From Vulcanimicrobiota bacterium (GTDB lineage: Bacteria > Vulcanimicrobiota > Vulcanimicrobiia > Vulcanimicrobiales > Vulcanimicrobiaceae): a stretch of 64,000 nucleotides of DNA. The translations under genes were made by a program, and so were the position numbers. Shown in pieces: positions 46,081 to 57,760 of this stretch. The stretch lies in NCBI GenBank assembly GCA_963823795.1, contig CAWGMX010000003.1, forward strand, positions 317,180 through 381,179. Direction: 5' to 3'. Below the pieces are notes generated by a model, which searched no databases, was not told where the DNA came from, and was given only the letters and a program-made list of their open reading frames with translations. Position 1 is the first letter of the stretch. The number at the start of each line of letters is the position of its first letter.

Positions 46081-46590
46081 CTACTGTAGCACTCCTGCGG
46101 CGTGAGTGCTAGCCGTAGCGTCACCTTGGGCGCGGTCGATTGCTTGGACGAGTTCTTGCCAGCTCAGGCCGCCAACGGAAACGTACGAAACGGCGCCCGC
46201 GGGGTCGAGCACCAGGGTCACCGGGATTTTCGAGACGGAGTAGATGCGAAAGATTGCGCCCTGCTCGTCTTCTACCAGCGGCAACGCGATGTCCCAATGC
46301 TCGAGATAACTCGATGCAACTCCAGGAATCTCGTCGGAAACGGTCACCACGGCGACGCCCTTGCCGAAGACGTCTGCGGCACGCACGAAGTCATGCAGTT
46401 CGGCGGTACAAACGTCGCACCACGTCGCCCAAAAATCCACCACCACGACGCGTCCGCGCAGATCCGAAAGATAGGTCGTCTTGCGCGCCGTCGCGATCGC
46501 GAAGTTCGGCGGGGGCGCGTCGTATTGAATCGTTGCAAGTCCGGTTTGCGCGGGGGCGGTCAGTGCGGCGAGAACGAGTGCGGCCAGCAT
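46081..46590 (-). CDS. TlpA/redoxin-family thiol-disulfide oxidoreductase
   Basis: 169 aa with a signal peptide and VVVDFWATWCDVC (CxxC). Confidence 0.75.
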   Translation of the reverse strand: MLAALVLAALTAPAQTGLATIQYDAPPPNFAIATARKTTYLSDLRGRVVVVDFWATWCDVCTAELHDFVRAADVFGKGVAVVTVSDEIPGVASSYLEHWDIALPLVEDEQGAIFRIYSVSKIPVTLVLDPAGAVSYVSVGGLSWQELVQAIDRAQGDATASTHAAGVLQ

Positions 46591-46651
46591 TTTTTATCCT
46601 GCGAAGAGTTCGGCAGGCCTGCCCGCTCGGCCCCCGTAAGTCGACACGCCT

Positions 46652-48604
<1,953 letters not shown>

Positions 48605-48671
48605 GTCCGGGTTTTCATCCGCTTGGAAGCCTGGCGGCGTTCCTTGGAGGAGCGTCGAACCCCGAGACCCC

Positions 48672-49226
48672 ATGGCACGGGCGTCCGGCGACGAGGAGGC
48701 TTTGGCGGTAGCATTCGCGGCACACGAGCGTTGGGCGTTCGCGCGAGCGTATCGGGAATACGCGTCGCTGCTCTATTCCGTCGCGTACAACGTCTTGGGC
48801 AACGGCGAAGAGGCGCAAGACTGCGTTGCGGATGCGATCGCGCGACTATGGCGCTCGCCCTCGGCGTATTCGGCCGGGCGCGGCTCGGTTCGCAGCTTTT
48901 TGGTCGTCTGCGTGCGCAACGAAGCAATTTCGCGCCGTCGCCGCCAGAGCCGCCGGATTCGCCTAGAGGAGCGGCTCGCCGCGATGCCGGCGGAACATCA
49001 AGAACTCGAAGTTGGGGATCCCATCGAACGCGACCGCGTGCGCCGCGCGTTCGCTAAACTTCCCGACGACCAGCGTGCCGCGGTGGCGCTTGCGTTTTAC
49101 GAAGGCAAGACGCACACGGAGATTGCGTCCGAACTCAACGCTCCGCTCGGAACGATCAAAAGCCGCATCAGTCTGGGGCTGCGCAAGATCGCCGCAAGCC
49201 TTGGATCCAACGGAGGCGACCGGTGA
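48672..49226 (+). CDS. ECF-type sigma-70 factor
   Basis: 184 aa. Region 4 is LAFYEGKTHTEIASELNAPLGTIKSRISLGLRKI. Confidence 0.85.
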   Translation: MARASGDEEALAVAFAAHERWAFARAYREYASLLYSVAYNVLGNGEEAQDCVADAIARLWRSPSAYSAGRGSVRSFLVVCVRNEAISRRRRQSRRIRLEERLAAMPAEHQELEVGDPIERDRVRRAFAKLPDDQRAAVALAFYEGKTHTEIASELNAPLGTIKSRISLGLRKIAASLGSNGGDR

Positions 49227-49870
49227 ACGGCGCGCATTTCGGTGAGCGCGCCGCCCTCTACGCGCTCGGCGCGCTCGACGACGCCGAGTCCGCCGCGCTG
49301 GAAGCTCACCTGCGCGTCTGTGCGGCGTGCGCGAAACTCGTCGGTGAGGCGGAACGAGACGTTGACACGATCACCTCGCTGGAAACGCGCCGGCGAGCGC
49401 CGGAAGAACTGAGCAGGCGCGTCGAACGCCTTCTTGCGCCCGCGCGTCCGCAGCCGGCACCCTGGTCCCGTTTTATGGCCATCGCCGCGGCATTTCTCAT
49501 CGGGGTTCTTCCATCGGCGTATTTGTGGGAGCGAAACCGCGCGATGCAGGATGCGATGCTCTCGCAAAGTTCGGCGATGGATCGGCTGGCCACAACCGCG
49601 CATCGCACGGCGAGTTTCCGGGCGACCAACGGTGCGCTCGCGGCCAACGTGATGTACCCTTCCGACGGTTCGTGGTACGTGATCGTGGTACGCGGAGCGT
49701 CGCATGCGCTCCAGGTCGCCTGGATGCACGACGGCGCGCAAACGATGCTGGGCGACGCCGTGCCGCACGGCCGGGTTGCGATGCTCTATCTACCCAAGAG
49801 CCATCGCATGGAGCAACTCGCGCTGATGGACGGCCCGCGCATCGTCGCGCAGGCGCAGCTTCCGTATTAA
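49223..49870 (+). CDS. Anti-sigma factor (zf-HC2 type), membrane
   Basis: Overlaps the sigma gene stop. HLRVCAACAKL motif and one TM helix (FMAIAAAFLIGVLPSAYL). Confidence 0.7.
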   Translation: MNGAHFGERAALYALGALDDAESAALEAHLRVCAACAKLVGEAERDVDTITSLETRRRAPEELSRRVERLLAPARPQPAPWSRFMAIAAAFLIGVLPSAYLWERNRAMQDAMLSQSSAMDRLATTAHRTASFRATNGALAANVMYPSDGSWYVIVVRGASHALQVAWMHDGAQTMLGDAVPHGRVAMLYLPKSHRMEQLALMDGPRIVAQAQLPY

Positions 49871-51777
49871 CCGGCCTCCGCCGATGAAAAAAACGGCGCG
49901 AGGTCGTCGAGGTGCTCGATCCGCAGCGCCGGAGGCAGCGCCGCCAGAATCGTAGCGCCGTACCGCGTCGATATCGCGCGCCCGTCGAGCAGCGCCATCA
50001 ACCCGCGGTCGCTGCCGCTGCGAATGAGGCGTCCAAACCCCTGTTTGAGGCGTACCGTGGCGGCGGGAACCATGTAGTGTTCGAAGCCGTCGAGACCGCG
50101 TGCTTCGAGCGCGCGGATTCGCGCCATCACCAGCGGATCGCTGGGTGACGGAAAGGGAAGCCGGTCGATGATCACGCACGAGAGCGCGTCGCCCACGACG
50201 TCGATTCCCTCCCAGAACGTTCCCGTGGCAAACAACACCGCGCCCGGCGTTCGTCGAAACCAATCGATCAGGTGCGAGCGCGGGAGCTGGCCTTGCAGCC
50301 GAACCGGAAACGCGAGCCGATCGGCAAGCAGCGCGTACACTTCCCGCAAGCGCGCGTACGAAGTAAACAGCACGAAGGCTCGCCCGCGCGTTCGGTCGAG
50401 GCACTCTTCGACCAGCGGCGCGGCGCGGCGCGCAAAATCTGCCGATTTTGGATTGAGTTCCGCCGGCGCGATAAACAGGCGGGCCTGCCGAGCGTAATCG
50501 AACGGCGACGTCGCGACCAACTGTTGCGCGTCGTCGATTCCAAGCGTCCGCCGCACGAAGTCGAACGAGCCGTTTGTCGAGAGCGTCGCGCTGGTCAAGA
50601 TGACGCTCGGCGTGCGCGAGAAGAGCGTCGTCCGTAAAAACTCGGCGACCTCGTGCGGCGCGCAATGCACCGAATATCGCGCATCCGAGTCGCTGCGCTC
50701 CGCCCACGCGATCGCTTCGGGGGAGCCACCCTCGATGCGATCGACGACGGACTCGTGGCCTACGACGAGTCGCAGCATCAGGTCGCGGCGGCGCTCGGCC
50801 TCGGCCAGCACCTCGCCCTCCGGCTTGTGCTTACGTGCCTCCGTCCAGTTGGCGAACAGCCAGTTCTCCAAACGGTAGAGGCTTTCGCGAAGAAGAAAAA
50901 GCGCGGGCCCCGCTTCCTCGTTTGCCGCCAGCGGATAGCGATCGCCCGGGACGCGCGCGAGCGACGATTCCAGCGCGCGAACGGCCGCATCGAACTCGAC
51001 GTCGAAGAGCGCCGGCAGTTCGTAGGTTCGATGGATTTTGCGCATCATGCGCCCGATGCTCGCGGCGGAGAGCACGGCCGTGACGGCATCGGTCGCCCAT
51101 CGTTCGCACTGATGCGCTTCGTCGAGCACGGCGACGTCGTAGGGCGGCAAGAGGCCGCCGCCGACGGCCAAGTCGAGAAAGAAGAGCGCGTGGTTGACGA
51201 CGACGACGTCGGCATACTTAGCCTGATCCCGTTTGTTGAAGTAAAAACAATCGCGGAAATGCGCGCAGTACTCGCCGACGCATTCGTCGGCATCGGCATC
51301 GAGCAGCTCCCATTCGCCCGGAGGCAGTACGAAGGGCAGCTCCGCACGATCGCCGGTTTGCGTCCGCGCGGCCCATTCCGAGACGCGTTGCAGGCTCGGC
51401 GACGGGGCGAGCGGCCGGTCTTCGCGCATTCGCTCGAACTTCTGACGGCAGAGATAGTGCGATCGTCCCTTGAGCAGCGTGACTCGCACCGGGATGCCGA
51501 GGGCGGCTTCCACCAACGGAATATCTTTCTGCACCAACTGTTCTTGCAGCGCAATCGTTCCCGTCGAAAGCACGACTTTCTTGCCGCTGCGCAGCGCGGG
51601 CACGAGATACGCAAGGGATTTGCCGACGCCGGTACCCGCTTCGACGATCGTGTGCATGCTTTCCAGGATGCCGCGCTCGACGAGCTGCGCCATCTGCAGC
51701 TGTCCCGTTCGCTGTTCGAAGCCGCGCAGATTTCGCGCGAAGGGTCCGTCGGATCCGAAAATCCGATCCAGCGTCAT
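49867..51777 (-). CDS. dinG: ATP-dependent DNA helicase, DinG/Rad3-like
   Basis: Start at the ATG at 51777 (MTLDRIFGSDGP...), overlapping the rhomboid stop (ATGA). EAGTGVGKSLAYLVP (motif I) and VLDEAHQ (DEAH). Confidence 0.85.
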   Translation of the reverse strand: MTLDRIFGSDGPFARNLRGFEQRTGQLQMAQLVERGILESMHTIVEAGTGVGKSLAYLVPALRSGKKVVLSTGTIALQEQLVQKDIPLVEAALGIPVRVTLLKGRSHYLCRQKFERMREDRPLAPSPSLQRVSEWAARTQTGDRAELPFVLPPGEWELLDADADECVGEYCAHFRDCFYFNKRDQAKYADVVVVNHALFFLDLAVGGGLLPPYDVAVLDEAHQCERWATDAVTAVLSAASIGRMMRKIHRTYELPALFDVEFDAAVRALESSLARVPGDRYPLAANEEAGPALFLLRESLYRLENWLFANWTEARKHKPEGEVLAEAERRRDLMLRLVVGHESVVDRIEGGSPEAIAWAERSDSDARYSVHCAPHEVAEFLRTTLFSRTPSVILTSATLSTNGSFDFVRRTLGIDDAQQLVATSPFDYARQARLFIAPAELNPKSADFARRAAPLVEECLDRTRGRAFVLFTSYARLREVYALLADRLAFPVRLQGQLPRSHLIDWFRRTPGAVLFATGTFWEGIDVVGDALSCVIIDRLPFPSPSDPLVMARIRALEARGLDGFEHYMVPAATVRLKQGFGRLIRSGSDRGLMALLDGRAISTRYGATILAALPPALRIEHLDDLAPFFSSAEAG

Positions 51778-52439
51778 TGCGTCCAATGCTGCCGGTCGTG
51801 CGGCGATTCGTACTGCGACTCCAAGGTGCGGCCGGTCGAGCTTTCGACGACGACCGGCGCCACGCGGCGCGGCGGATAGTAGATTGCAAAGGTGAATATA
51901 AAACCGGCCAGGAGCCCCGCCACGTGCGCTTGCCAAGAGATCACGGGAACGCTAAACGTGATGATGAGGTTGATAACTAAGATCCCGATGTTCGACCGCA
52001 CCAGCTCCATTCCAGGTTTCCCCAGCTTAAACCCGATCGCGAAGAGGGCGCCAAAGAGCCCGAAGATCGCGCCGCTCGCGCCCAAAGTCGGCGTTATCGG
52101 ATTGCTGAAGTAGACGACCCCCAGCCCCGAGACGATCAGCGACGCCATGTAGACCAGCAGCATGCGCCACGAGCCTAGCGCGTACTCGATGAATCGGCCG
52201 AGAAACCAGAGCGACATCATGTTGACGCCGATGTGAATCAGTCCGCCGTGCAGGAAGGCTCCGGTGATAATGCGCCACCACTGGTGATCCTGGAGCACGG
52301 CAGCCGGAATCAATGCACCCTCCGCGAGAACGCGCGTCGCGCCCGGGCTGTCGAAGCTCCCGAGCACGCTGGGACCGCCAACCGCAAACTCCCAAAGAAA
52401 GGCGAGGAAGTTAACGACGATCAAAAAGCGAGTGATCAC
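51774..52439 (-). CDS. Rhomboid-family intramembrane serine protease
   Basis: GTG at 52439 (VITRFLIVVNFLAFLW...) overlaps the upstream stop (GTGA). Motifs FLHGGLIHIGVNM and GASGAIFGL. Confidence 0.8.
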   Translation of the reverse strand: MITRFLIVVNFLAFLWEFAVGGPSVLGSFDSPGATRVLAEGALIPAAVLQDHQWWRIITGAFLHGGLIHIGVNMMSLWFLGRFIEYALGSWRMLLVYMASLIVSGLGVVYFSNPITPTLGASGAIFGLFGALFAIGFKLGKPGMELVRSNIGILVINLIITFSVPVISWQAHVAGLLAGFIFTFAIYYPPRRVAPVVVESSTGRTLESQYESPHDRQHWTQ

Positions 52440-53104
52440 GCGATCATCACCGTGCGCGCCAGCTCGAGCGAGATCGCGTGACGCTCGCCGGAGACTTCGA
52501 TCGTTATCGGGCCGCCCAACGGCGCCTTCTCGATCACGCGCAGTTTGACGCCGGGGCGCAATCCGACTTGGCCGAGGTAGCGCAAGATCTCCGGCATCTG
52601 TTCGGTCACGCCCGAGACGGTCACGCGTTTCCCGGGCTCGACTTGCGCGAGCGGGATGCCGGTTCGCACCGGCTCGGTAAGATCTTTCGGCGGAATCGGA
52701 TGGCCGTGCGGACAAGTGCGCGGATTGCCGAGCGCCGTAACCAGACGCTCCTCGACGCGCTCGGTGATGGCATGCTCGAGGATGCAGGCTTCGGCGTAGA
52801 CTTCGTCCCACGGCATCTTTAGAACGTCGGTGAGCAAACGCTCCGCCAGGCGATTGCGCCGAACCACGCCGACGGCGACCTCCAAGCCCTTTCGCGTGAG
52901 CTTGATGTCGCCGCGCACTTCGTGTTCGACGAATCCATCGTTGACGAGCTTCTTGAGCATGCCCGAAACGCTGGCGGGCGCGACGCCGAGCTCGGTCGCC
53001 AGCGCCGACGTCGTCACGCCGGGGCCCTCTCGCTCGAGGCGATAGATGGCCTTCATATACATTTCGAACGATTCGGCAAAGTGTGAGTGCGAGTGCCCGG
53101 GCAT
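52436..53104 (-). CDS. DtxR/MntR-family metal-dependent repressor with FeoA-like C-terminal domain
   Basis: Start at the ATG at 53104 (MPGHSHSHFAESFEMYMKAIYRLE...TSALATELGVAPASVSGMLKKL). Confidence 0.85.
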   Translation of the reverse strand: MPGHSHSHFAESFEMYMKAIYRLEREGPGVTTSALATELGVAPASVSGMLKKLVNDGFVEHEVRGDIKLTRKGLEVAVGVVRRNRLAERLLTDVLKMPWDEVYAEACILEHAITERVEERLVTALGNPRTCPHGHPIPPKDLTEPVRTGIPLAQVEPGKRVTVSGVTEQMPEILRYLGQVGLRPGVKLRVIEKAPLGGPITIEVSGERHAISLELARTVMIA

Positions 53105-53111
53105 ACCAGCT

Positions 53112-54194
53112 CTAACTACTCGATCGCTCGTGAAGTTCCGCGACGGCCTCGTCGAGCTGCGCGCGCATCGCCTGCTTCTCGAGGGGTTGCGCAAACGTCG
53201 CGTCGATCGCGTTTCGCACGAAGCGTTCCAGCGCGGCCGGCCCCGCAACGCTTTCGACGAGCTCATATTCGCGCTCAATCGACGTAGCAAAGAGCGCCGG
53301 ATCGTCGCCGTCGATGGTTACGACGCAGCCCTGCCGGTCGAAATCGACGTACGGATTGGGATGATCGGCCAGAGCCGCGCCGGTGAGGCGATTCGACGTC
53401 GGACAGATTTCTAGCGGGATGCGGCGCGTTGCGAGCAGTTCGATCGTGCTTGGGTCCTCCAGTGCGCGGATGCCGTGGCCGATTCGCTCCGCGTGCAACA
53501 GCTCGACGGCATCGCGTACGCTTTCCGCCCCGCCGGCCTCGCCGGCGTGCGCAACGCAATGCAACCCCTGCGCACGCGAGTAGTCGAACGGCTCGGCGAA
53601 GAGTCGCGCCGGAAAGCGCACCTCGTCCCCCCCGAGCGAAACCCCAACGACGTCGAGGTCCGTCATCGTTGCCACCGATCGGGCAGTTTCCATTGCGCTG
53701 GCTTGGCCGAAGTTTCGAGTGAGGTCCGGCAAAAGTCTGAAGGTCGCCCGCGGCCGCGCTTGCCGCAGCTCCTTCACGAGTGCCTCCATCGCTGCTCGCA
53801 CGTCGAGCGTGGGATTGAAGAACGTCCAAACCGACGGCGAAACAAAAAGCTCACCGTAGATGACGCCTTGGATGAGAGCGTCTTCCACGAACTCGCGCGC
53901 CAGGCGCGCATAGTCGTCCGGTTCTCGCAGCGAGCGGCTGACCGCCGCAAAAAGGTATAAAAACTCTTGCAGCCCCTCGAACCGATATGGATCCTCGCTG
54001 TCACCCTGAGGGCAGTCAGTGTCGCCCTGGGTCCGCGGGCGATACCGCAACGGGACGCCGTGCTTGTCCGCAAGCTCGACGAAGGTCGCCGGGCGCAGCG
54101 TCCCTTCGAGATGGCAGTGCAGGTGGATTTTCGGAATGCGTTCCGCAAGCGAGCCGGGGGCCATCCGCCCCGCTTTCGGCGCCGGCAGGGGCAA
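53112..54194 (-). CDS. add: Adenosine deaminase
   Basis: 360 aa: KIHLHCHLEGTLRP ... HAGE ... TIDGDDPALF. Confidence 0.85.
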   Translation of the reverse strand: MPLPAPKAGRMAPGSLAERIPKIHLHCHLEGTLRPATFVELADKHGVPLRYRPRTQGDTDCPQGDSEDPYRFEGLQEFLYLFAAVSRSLREPDDYARLAREFVEDALIQGVIYGELFVSPSVWTFFNPTLDVRAAMEALVKELRQARPRATFRLLPDLTRNFGQASAMETARSVATMTDLDVVGVSLGGDEVRFPARLFAEPFDYSRAQGLHCVAHAGEAGGAESVRDAVELLHAERIGHGIRALEDPSTIELLATRRIPLEICPTSNRLTGAALADHPNPYVDFDRQGCVVTIDGDDPALFATSIEREYELVESVAGPAALERFVRNAIDATFAQPLEKQAMRAQLDEAVAELHERSSS

Positions 54195-54224
54195 AACCGG
54201 GCTCGCCGTAAGTAAGTCGGTCGC

Positions 54225-54301
<77 letters not shown>

Positions 54302-54333
54302 ACTCCCTTCGTCACATTTCCGGAGGTGCGCAT

Positions 54334-54579
54334 ATGGCGGACGAGATCACCACCAGCTTCGCCAAAGATATCCGCCCGATGTTTACCGACATCGACGTCG
54401 CGCATATGAAGGCCGCCGGCATAGATCTCTCGAGCTACGCCGACGTCCAATCGTACGCAGAGGCCATCTACCGAACGGTGAGTAACGGCACGATGCCGCC
54501 GCCCGGCACGGGCGAGCAATGGACACCCGAGATGTGCGCCCGCTTCAAACAGTGGCAGCGGGATAACTGCCCGCCCTAG
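54334..54579 (+). CDS. Small hypothetical protein (81 aa)
   Basis: ATG at 54334 lies after GGAGGTG: MADEITTSFAKDIRPMFTDIDVAHMKAAGIDLSSY...WTPEMCARFKQWQRDNCPP. The longer listed ORF would run through the tRNA. Confidence 0.5.
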   Translation: MADEITTSFAKDIRPMFTDIDVAHMKAAGIDLSSYADVQSYAEAIYRTVSNGTMPPPGTGEQWTPEMCARFKQWQRDNCPP

Positions 54580-54669
54580 TTTTTGCGGCGCTCTTCGTAG
54601 ACGAGCTTGGCCGTCGCATCCGTTTATGAAAATAGGCGACCCCCTTGTTATGCGGCAGCTCCAGTAGCG

Positions 54670-55425
54670 CTAAGAGCTTTCGTCACCCAGGAACTGTTTT
54701 AGGTTTTCTTTTTGCGGAGGGGTAGCATCGCAATCGAATTCCTTGGGAGTGACGCGTTGGAGCACCTCGGTTTCCTTGAAGATGGCGCTACACGAGCGAC
54801 ACGTCCAGATGTCCTCCCAACCCTCGCTGCCATTTCGCCCAAGCCTCCACCATTTATCGATCGTCACGTCACTGGATCCGCAACCGGGACACGGTTGCTG
54901 TTTCCGCAAGCTCGAAAAAAAGTATTCGCACTGGCTATCGAAGCCCTCGCGTGCGCTCCACGCTCGTATCGCATCGCGATCGATCGCGCCGCTTTCAGCC
55001 ACACCGATTGCTGCGCTGAGCGCACTCCGATCGTTGTCGGTATAAAACCACATGAGGCGATCGCGCACGCAGTCAGTTCGCGTTAGGATGTGAAGTATTT
55101 GGTCCGTTTTGCGCAATGTCTCCCAGGTTCTGAGAAGATCATCGCCGATAGCTAAAGGTCCCCGGGGAAACTCTAGCGTGTACTGATTCTCAGCATGCTC
55201 GTATGTGCCGCCATGTTCAGCGTAACCTAAACGCGCCAAGACTTCCGCTCCGCCAGCTCCTTGCAGCACAATGATGAAATCTGCGTCCCGCGATTGGTAG
55301 GCAGCCCCTGCATACACGGTCGCCGCGCTGCCGCCCGTAAGGACTGCGGTGACGCCGACAAGATCGAGGGCCGTACAGATTTCGAAACAGACGTCGGCCA
55401 AACTGGATTTGGCGTTGATCGGCAC
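54670..55425 (-). CDS. Minimal nucleotidyltransferase-fold protein with C-terminal zinc ribbon
   Basis: 251 aa. LTGGSAATVYAGAAYQSRDADFII fits the NTase signature hG[GS]x9-13Dh[DE]h. The C-terminus has CPGCGSSDV...(about 24 aa)...CRSC. The GTG start overlaps the upstream stop by 1 nt (TAGTG). Confidence 0.5.
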   Translation of the reverse strand: MPINAKSSLADVCFEICTALDLVGVTAVLTGGSAATVYAGAAYQSRDADFIIVLQGAGGAEVLARLGYAEHGGTYEHAENQYTLEFPRGPLAIGDDLLRTWETLRKTDQILHILTRTDCVRDRLMWFYTDNDRSALSAAIGVAESGAIDRDAIRAWSAREGFDSQCEYFFSSLRKQQPCPGCGSSDVTIDKWWRLGRNGSEGWEDIWTCRSCSAIFKETEVLQRVTPKEFDCDATPPQKENLKQFLGDESS

Positions 55426-55757
55426 TACAATGCCTTACCGCGACGCCTCGGCCGCCGGCGAACGCCGGCGACCCTTTCTTCAAGATCGGTGCCTTTTGCA
55501 TATTTCAACATGAAAGCCTCGAGTTCACCGACGCCGTACATCCGCGGGTTCAACGATACTGTGCGGGTCCGGCCAACATAGCGGGAGACTAGAACGCCCT
55601 CGCGTTCCAGGGCATCAACGATTCGGAAGACCGCCGGCTGGTCAAGCTCCAACAGCCCGGCGAGTTGCTGGACGTAGCTTTCTTTCAAGAGAGCGATTGC
55701 CAGCAGCGCACGGGTGCGACTCGGACTTCCGAAGAGCTTGGGACCTTTGACGAGCAT
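55425..55757 (-). CDS. Winged-helix (MarR/ArsR-like) DNA-binding protein
   Basis: ATG at 55757 gives MLVKGPKLFGSPSRTRALLAIALLKESYVQQLAGLLELDQPAVFRIVDALEREGVLVSRYVGRTRTVSLNP. Confidence 0.55.
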   Translation of the reverse strand: MLVKGPKLFGSPSRTRALLAIALLKESYVQQLAGLLELDQPAVFRIVDALEREGVLVSRYVGRTRTVSLNPRMYGVGELEAFMLKYAKGTDLEERVAGVRRRPRRRGKAL

Positions 55758-55764
55758 GTGATCA

Positions 55765-55784
55765 GTATAGCACAAATGCTATAC
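55765..55784. promoter_or_regulatory. Inverted repeat immediately upstream of the wHTH gene (putative operator)
   Basis: GTATAGCA-CAAA-TGCTATAC (8-bp arms) lies 8 nt from the ATG. A related half-site, AAATATGCTATGC, follows at about 55793. Confidence 0.4.
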
Positions 55785-55875
55785 CATAATAACAAATATG
55801 CTATGCTTGGCTCTGGCTCGAATGGCTCGCACGGGGCGCTTCTGGCAGCATCGGAGCTGTCTTTAGGGTTTTCGC

Positions 55876-56874
55876 TCAGACGGGAGCATCGTTTTCGATC
55901 AAATCTTCGGATCGAAGATCCGACCAAAACGCCGACGGGATCCTCGTCTGGAGGGACGTGTAGTCCGCAAGTACTTGCTGCGGATTCGCACATCCGACGA
56001 CCAGCGCCGCCGCGACATCGGGCGCGCAGGAGAACTGCAGTGCGGCCGTGCGAAGGTCGACACCATACCGCGCGGCAACGGCGCGCAGCTGCTCCCGCTT
56101 CTCAATCACCTCAGCCGGAATCTTATAACTCTCCTTACCGTAATTGAAGCGTGCGCTCCCGCTGATAAAGCCGGCGTTGAGCGACGACCCGACGACAAAC
56201 ATCATTCCGCACTGCCGCGCCTTGGGGAAGACCCGATGGAGCGCGTTCGCATGATCGATCAATGAATATTGACGCGCCAAGAGGCACACGTTTGCGTCGG
56301 CGACGTCCATCAGCTTGAGAATGGGTTCCGGTGAGTTGACGCCAAGCCCCCAGCCTTTGATCAGGCCTTCGTCGCGCATCTTGCTCAGTGCTGGAAACGC
56401 GCCTTTTCTAGCGACCTCGAACTGCTCTTCCCAGGGCCCCGGCAGCCACGGATTATCCGGCGAGAGATCGTGGACGAACGCGATGTCGAGCGCGTCGACC
56501 CCTAAGCGCTGCAGGCTATCTTCAACCGAGCGCTTCACGCCGTCAGCGGTGTAGTCGTAACGGAGATTGTTGGGCGAAGGCGTGAACGGAAAGTACTCTT
56601 TGGCGTTGTTGTCGCGCGACGCGGTGAGCAATTTCCCGACCTTCGAGGAGAGGACGTACTCGCTGCGCGTCTGTTTGTGCAAGAATGCGCCAAGTCGCCG
56701 CTCTGCCAGCCCCAGGCCGTACCACGGAGAAGTGTCGTAGTAGCGCACGCCCGCATCCCACGCGGCCTTGATCGTGTCATACGCGTCTTCATCGGTGACG
56801 TACGCAAACTCGTTACCAAACGGCACCCCGCCAAGACCGAAAGGCTTCCCGCGAAGGATTTCTGACCCATTCAT
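55876..56874 (-). CDS. Aldo/keto reductase
   Basis: 332 aa. N-terminal G.GG.P.GN...AWDAGVRYYDTSPWYG and ...LDIAFVHD. Confidence 0.85.
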   Translation of the reverse strand: MNGSEILRGKPFGLGGVPFGNEFAYVTDEDAYDTIKAAWDAGVRYYDTSPWYGLGLAERRLGAFLHKQTRSEYVLSSKVGKLLTASRDNNAKEYFPFTPSPNNLRYDYTADGVKRSVEDSLQRLGVDALDIAFVHDLSPDNPWLPGPWEEQFEVARKGAFPALSKMRDEGLIKGWGLGVNSPEPILKLMDVADANVCLLARQYSLIDHANALHRVFPKARQCGMMFVVGSSLNAGFISGSARFNYGKESYKIPAEVIEKREQLRAVAARYGVDLRTAALQFSCAPDVAAALVVGCANPQQVLADYTSLQTRIPSAFWSDLRSEDLIENDAPV

Positions 56875-56920
56875 GCAGACCCTTATTCCCCCATGCCGCG
56901 ACGCCTAACGGCCGATGCGT

Positions 56921-57760
56921 TCAGGTCTTTTCCTTCGCCTCGGCGGCGTGGTACTTGCGCCGTATCTCGTCGATGTCGACCGTCGGCGGCGGAAACGTCA
57001 TGTCGAATGATTTTAGGGTCTCGACGACGATCTTCGAGACCACGAGGTTGCGAAACCACTTGCGTTTCGAAGGGATGACGAACCAGGGCGCGTGCGCCGT
57101 GCTGGTCTTGGCGAGTACGTCCTCGTATGCTTTCACGTACTCCGGGAAATACGCTCGCTCCGCGTAGTCCGCTTCGCTGATCTTCCATTGGCGCGTCGGA
57201 TCGTCGAGGCGTCTCGCGAAGCGCCGGAGCTGCTCTTTTTCGGTAATGTGTAGGTAGAACTTGAGGATCGTCGTTCCGGCCAGAGTGAGGTTTCGCTCGA
57301 ACTCGTTGATGAGCTCGTAACGCTTCGACCAGACCGATTTGGGGACGAGATCGCGCACGCGCGCGATGAGGACATCCTCGTAATGCGAGCGGTTGAAGAT
57401 CGCGATCTCACCCTTTGCGGGCGCGTGAACGTGCGCGCGCCACAAGAAATCGTGATCGGCTTCCTCTTTCGACGGCTCTTTGAATGCATGTGCGCGCGCG
57501 CCTTGGGGGTCGAGTGCGCCGAAGACGTGCCGGATCGTTCCGTCTTTTCCGGCGGCATCCATGCCCTGGAGGCAGACGAGCAGCGAGCGGCCGTGCTCGG
57601 CATACAGCAGGTATTGGAGATCGGCGAGCCGGCGATCGTCGCGCTTCATCTCCGCGGTCGCCACCGCCTTGGTTTTCTTCGTGCCGGTAAAGCCGGATTT
57701 TACGTCGGCCAGCCGCACGCGCGTGCCGGGCTTTACCGCGAAAAGCTTGCTATAGTTCAA
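56921..57760 (-). CDS. ppk2: Polyphosphate kinase 2 family (polyphosphate:nucleotide phosphotransferase)
   Basis: 279 aa: LLVCLQGMDAAGKDGTIRHV (Walker A-like) and IFNRSHYEDVLI. Confidence 0.85.
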   Translation of the reverse strand: MNYSKLFAVKPGTRVRLADVKSGFTGTKKTKAVATAEMKRDDRRLADLQYLLYAEHGRSLLVCLQGMDAAGKDGTIRHVFGALDPQGARAHAFKEPSKEEADHDFLWRAHVHAPAKGEIAIFNRSHYEDVLIARVRDLVPKSVWSKRYELINEFERNLTLAGTTILKFYLHITEKEQLRRFARRLDDPTRQWKISEADYAERAYFPEYVKAYEDVLAKTSTAHAPWFVIPSKRKWFRNLVVSKIVVETLKSFDMTFPPPTVDIDEIRRKYHAAEAKEKT

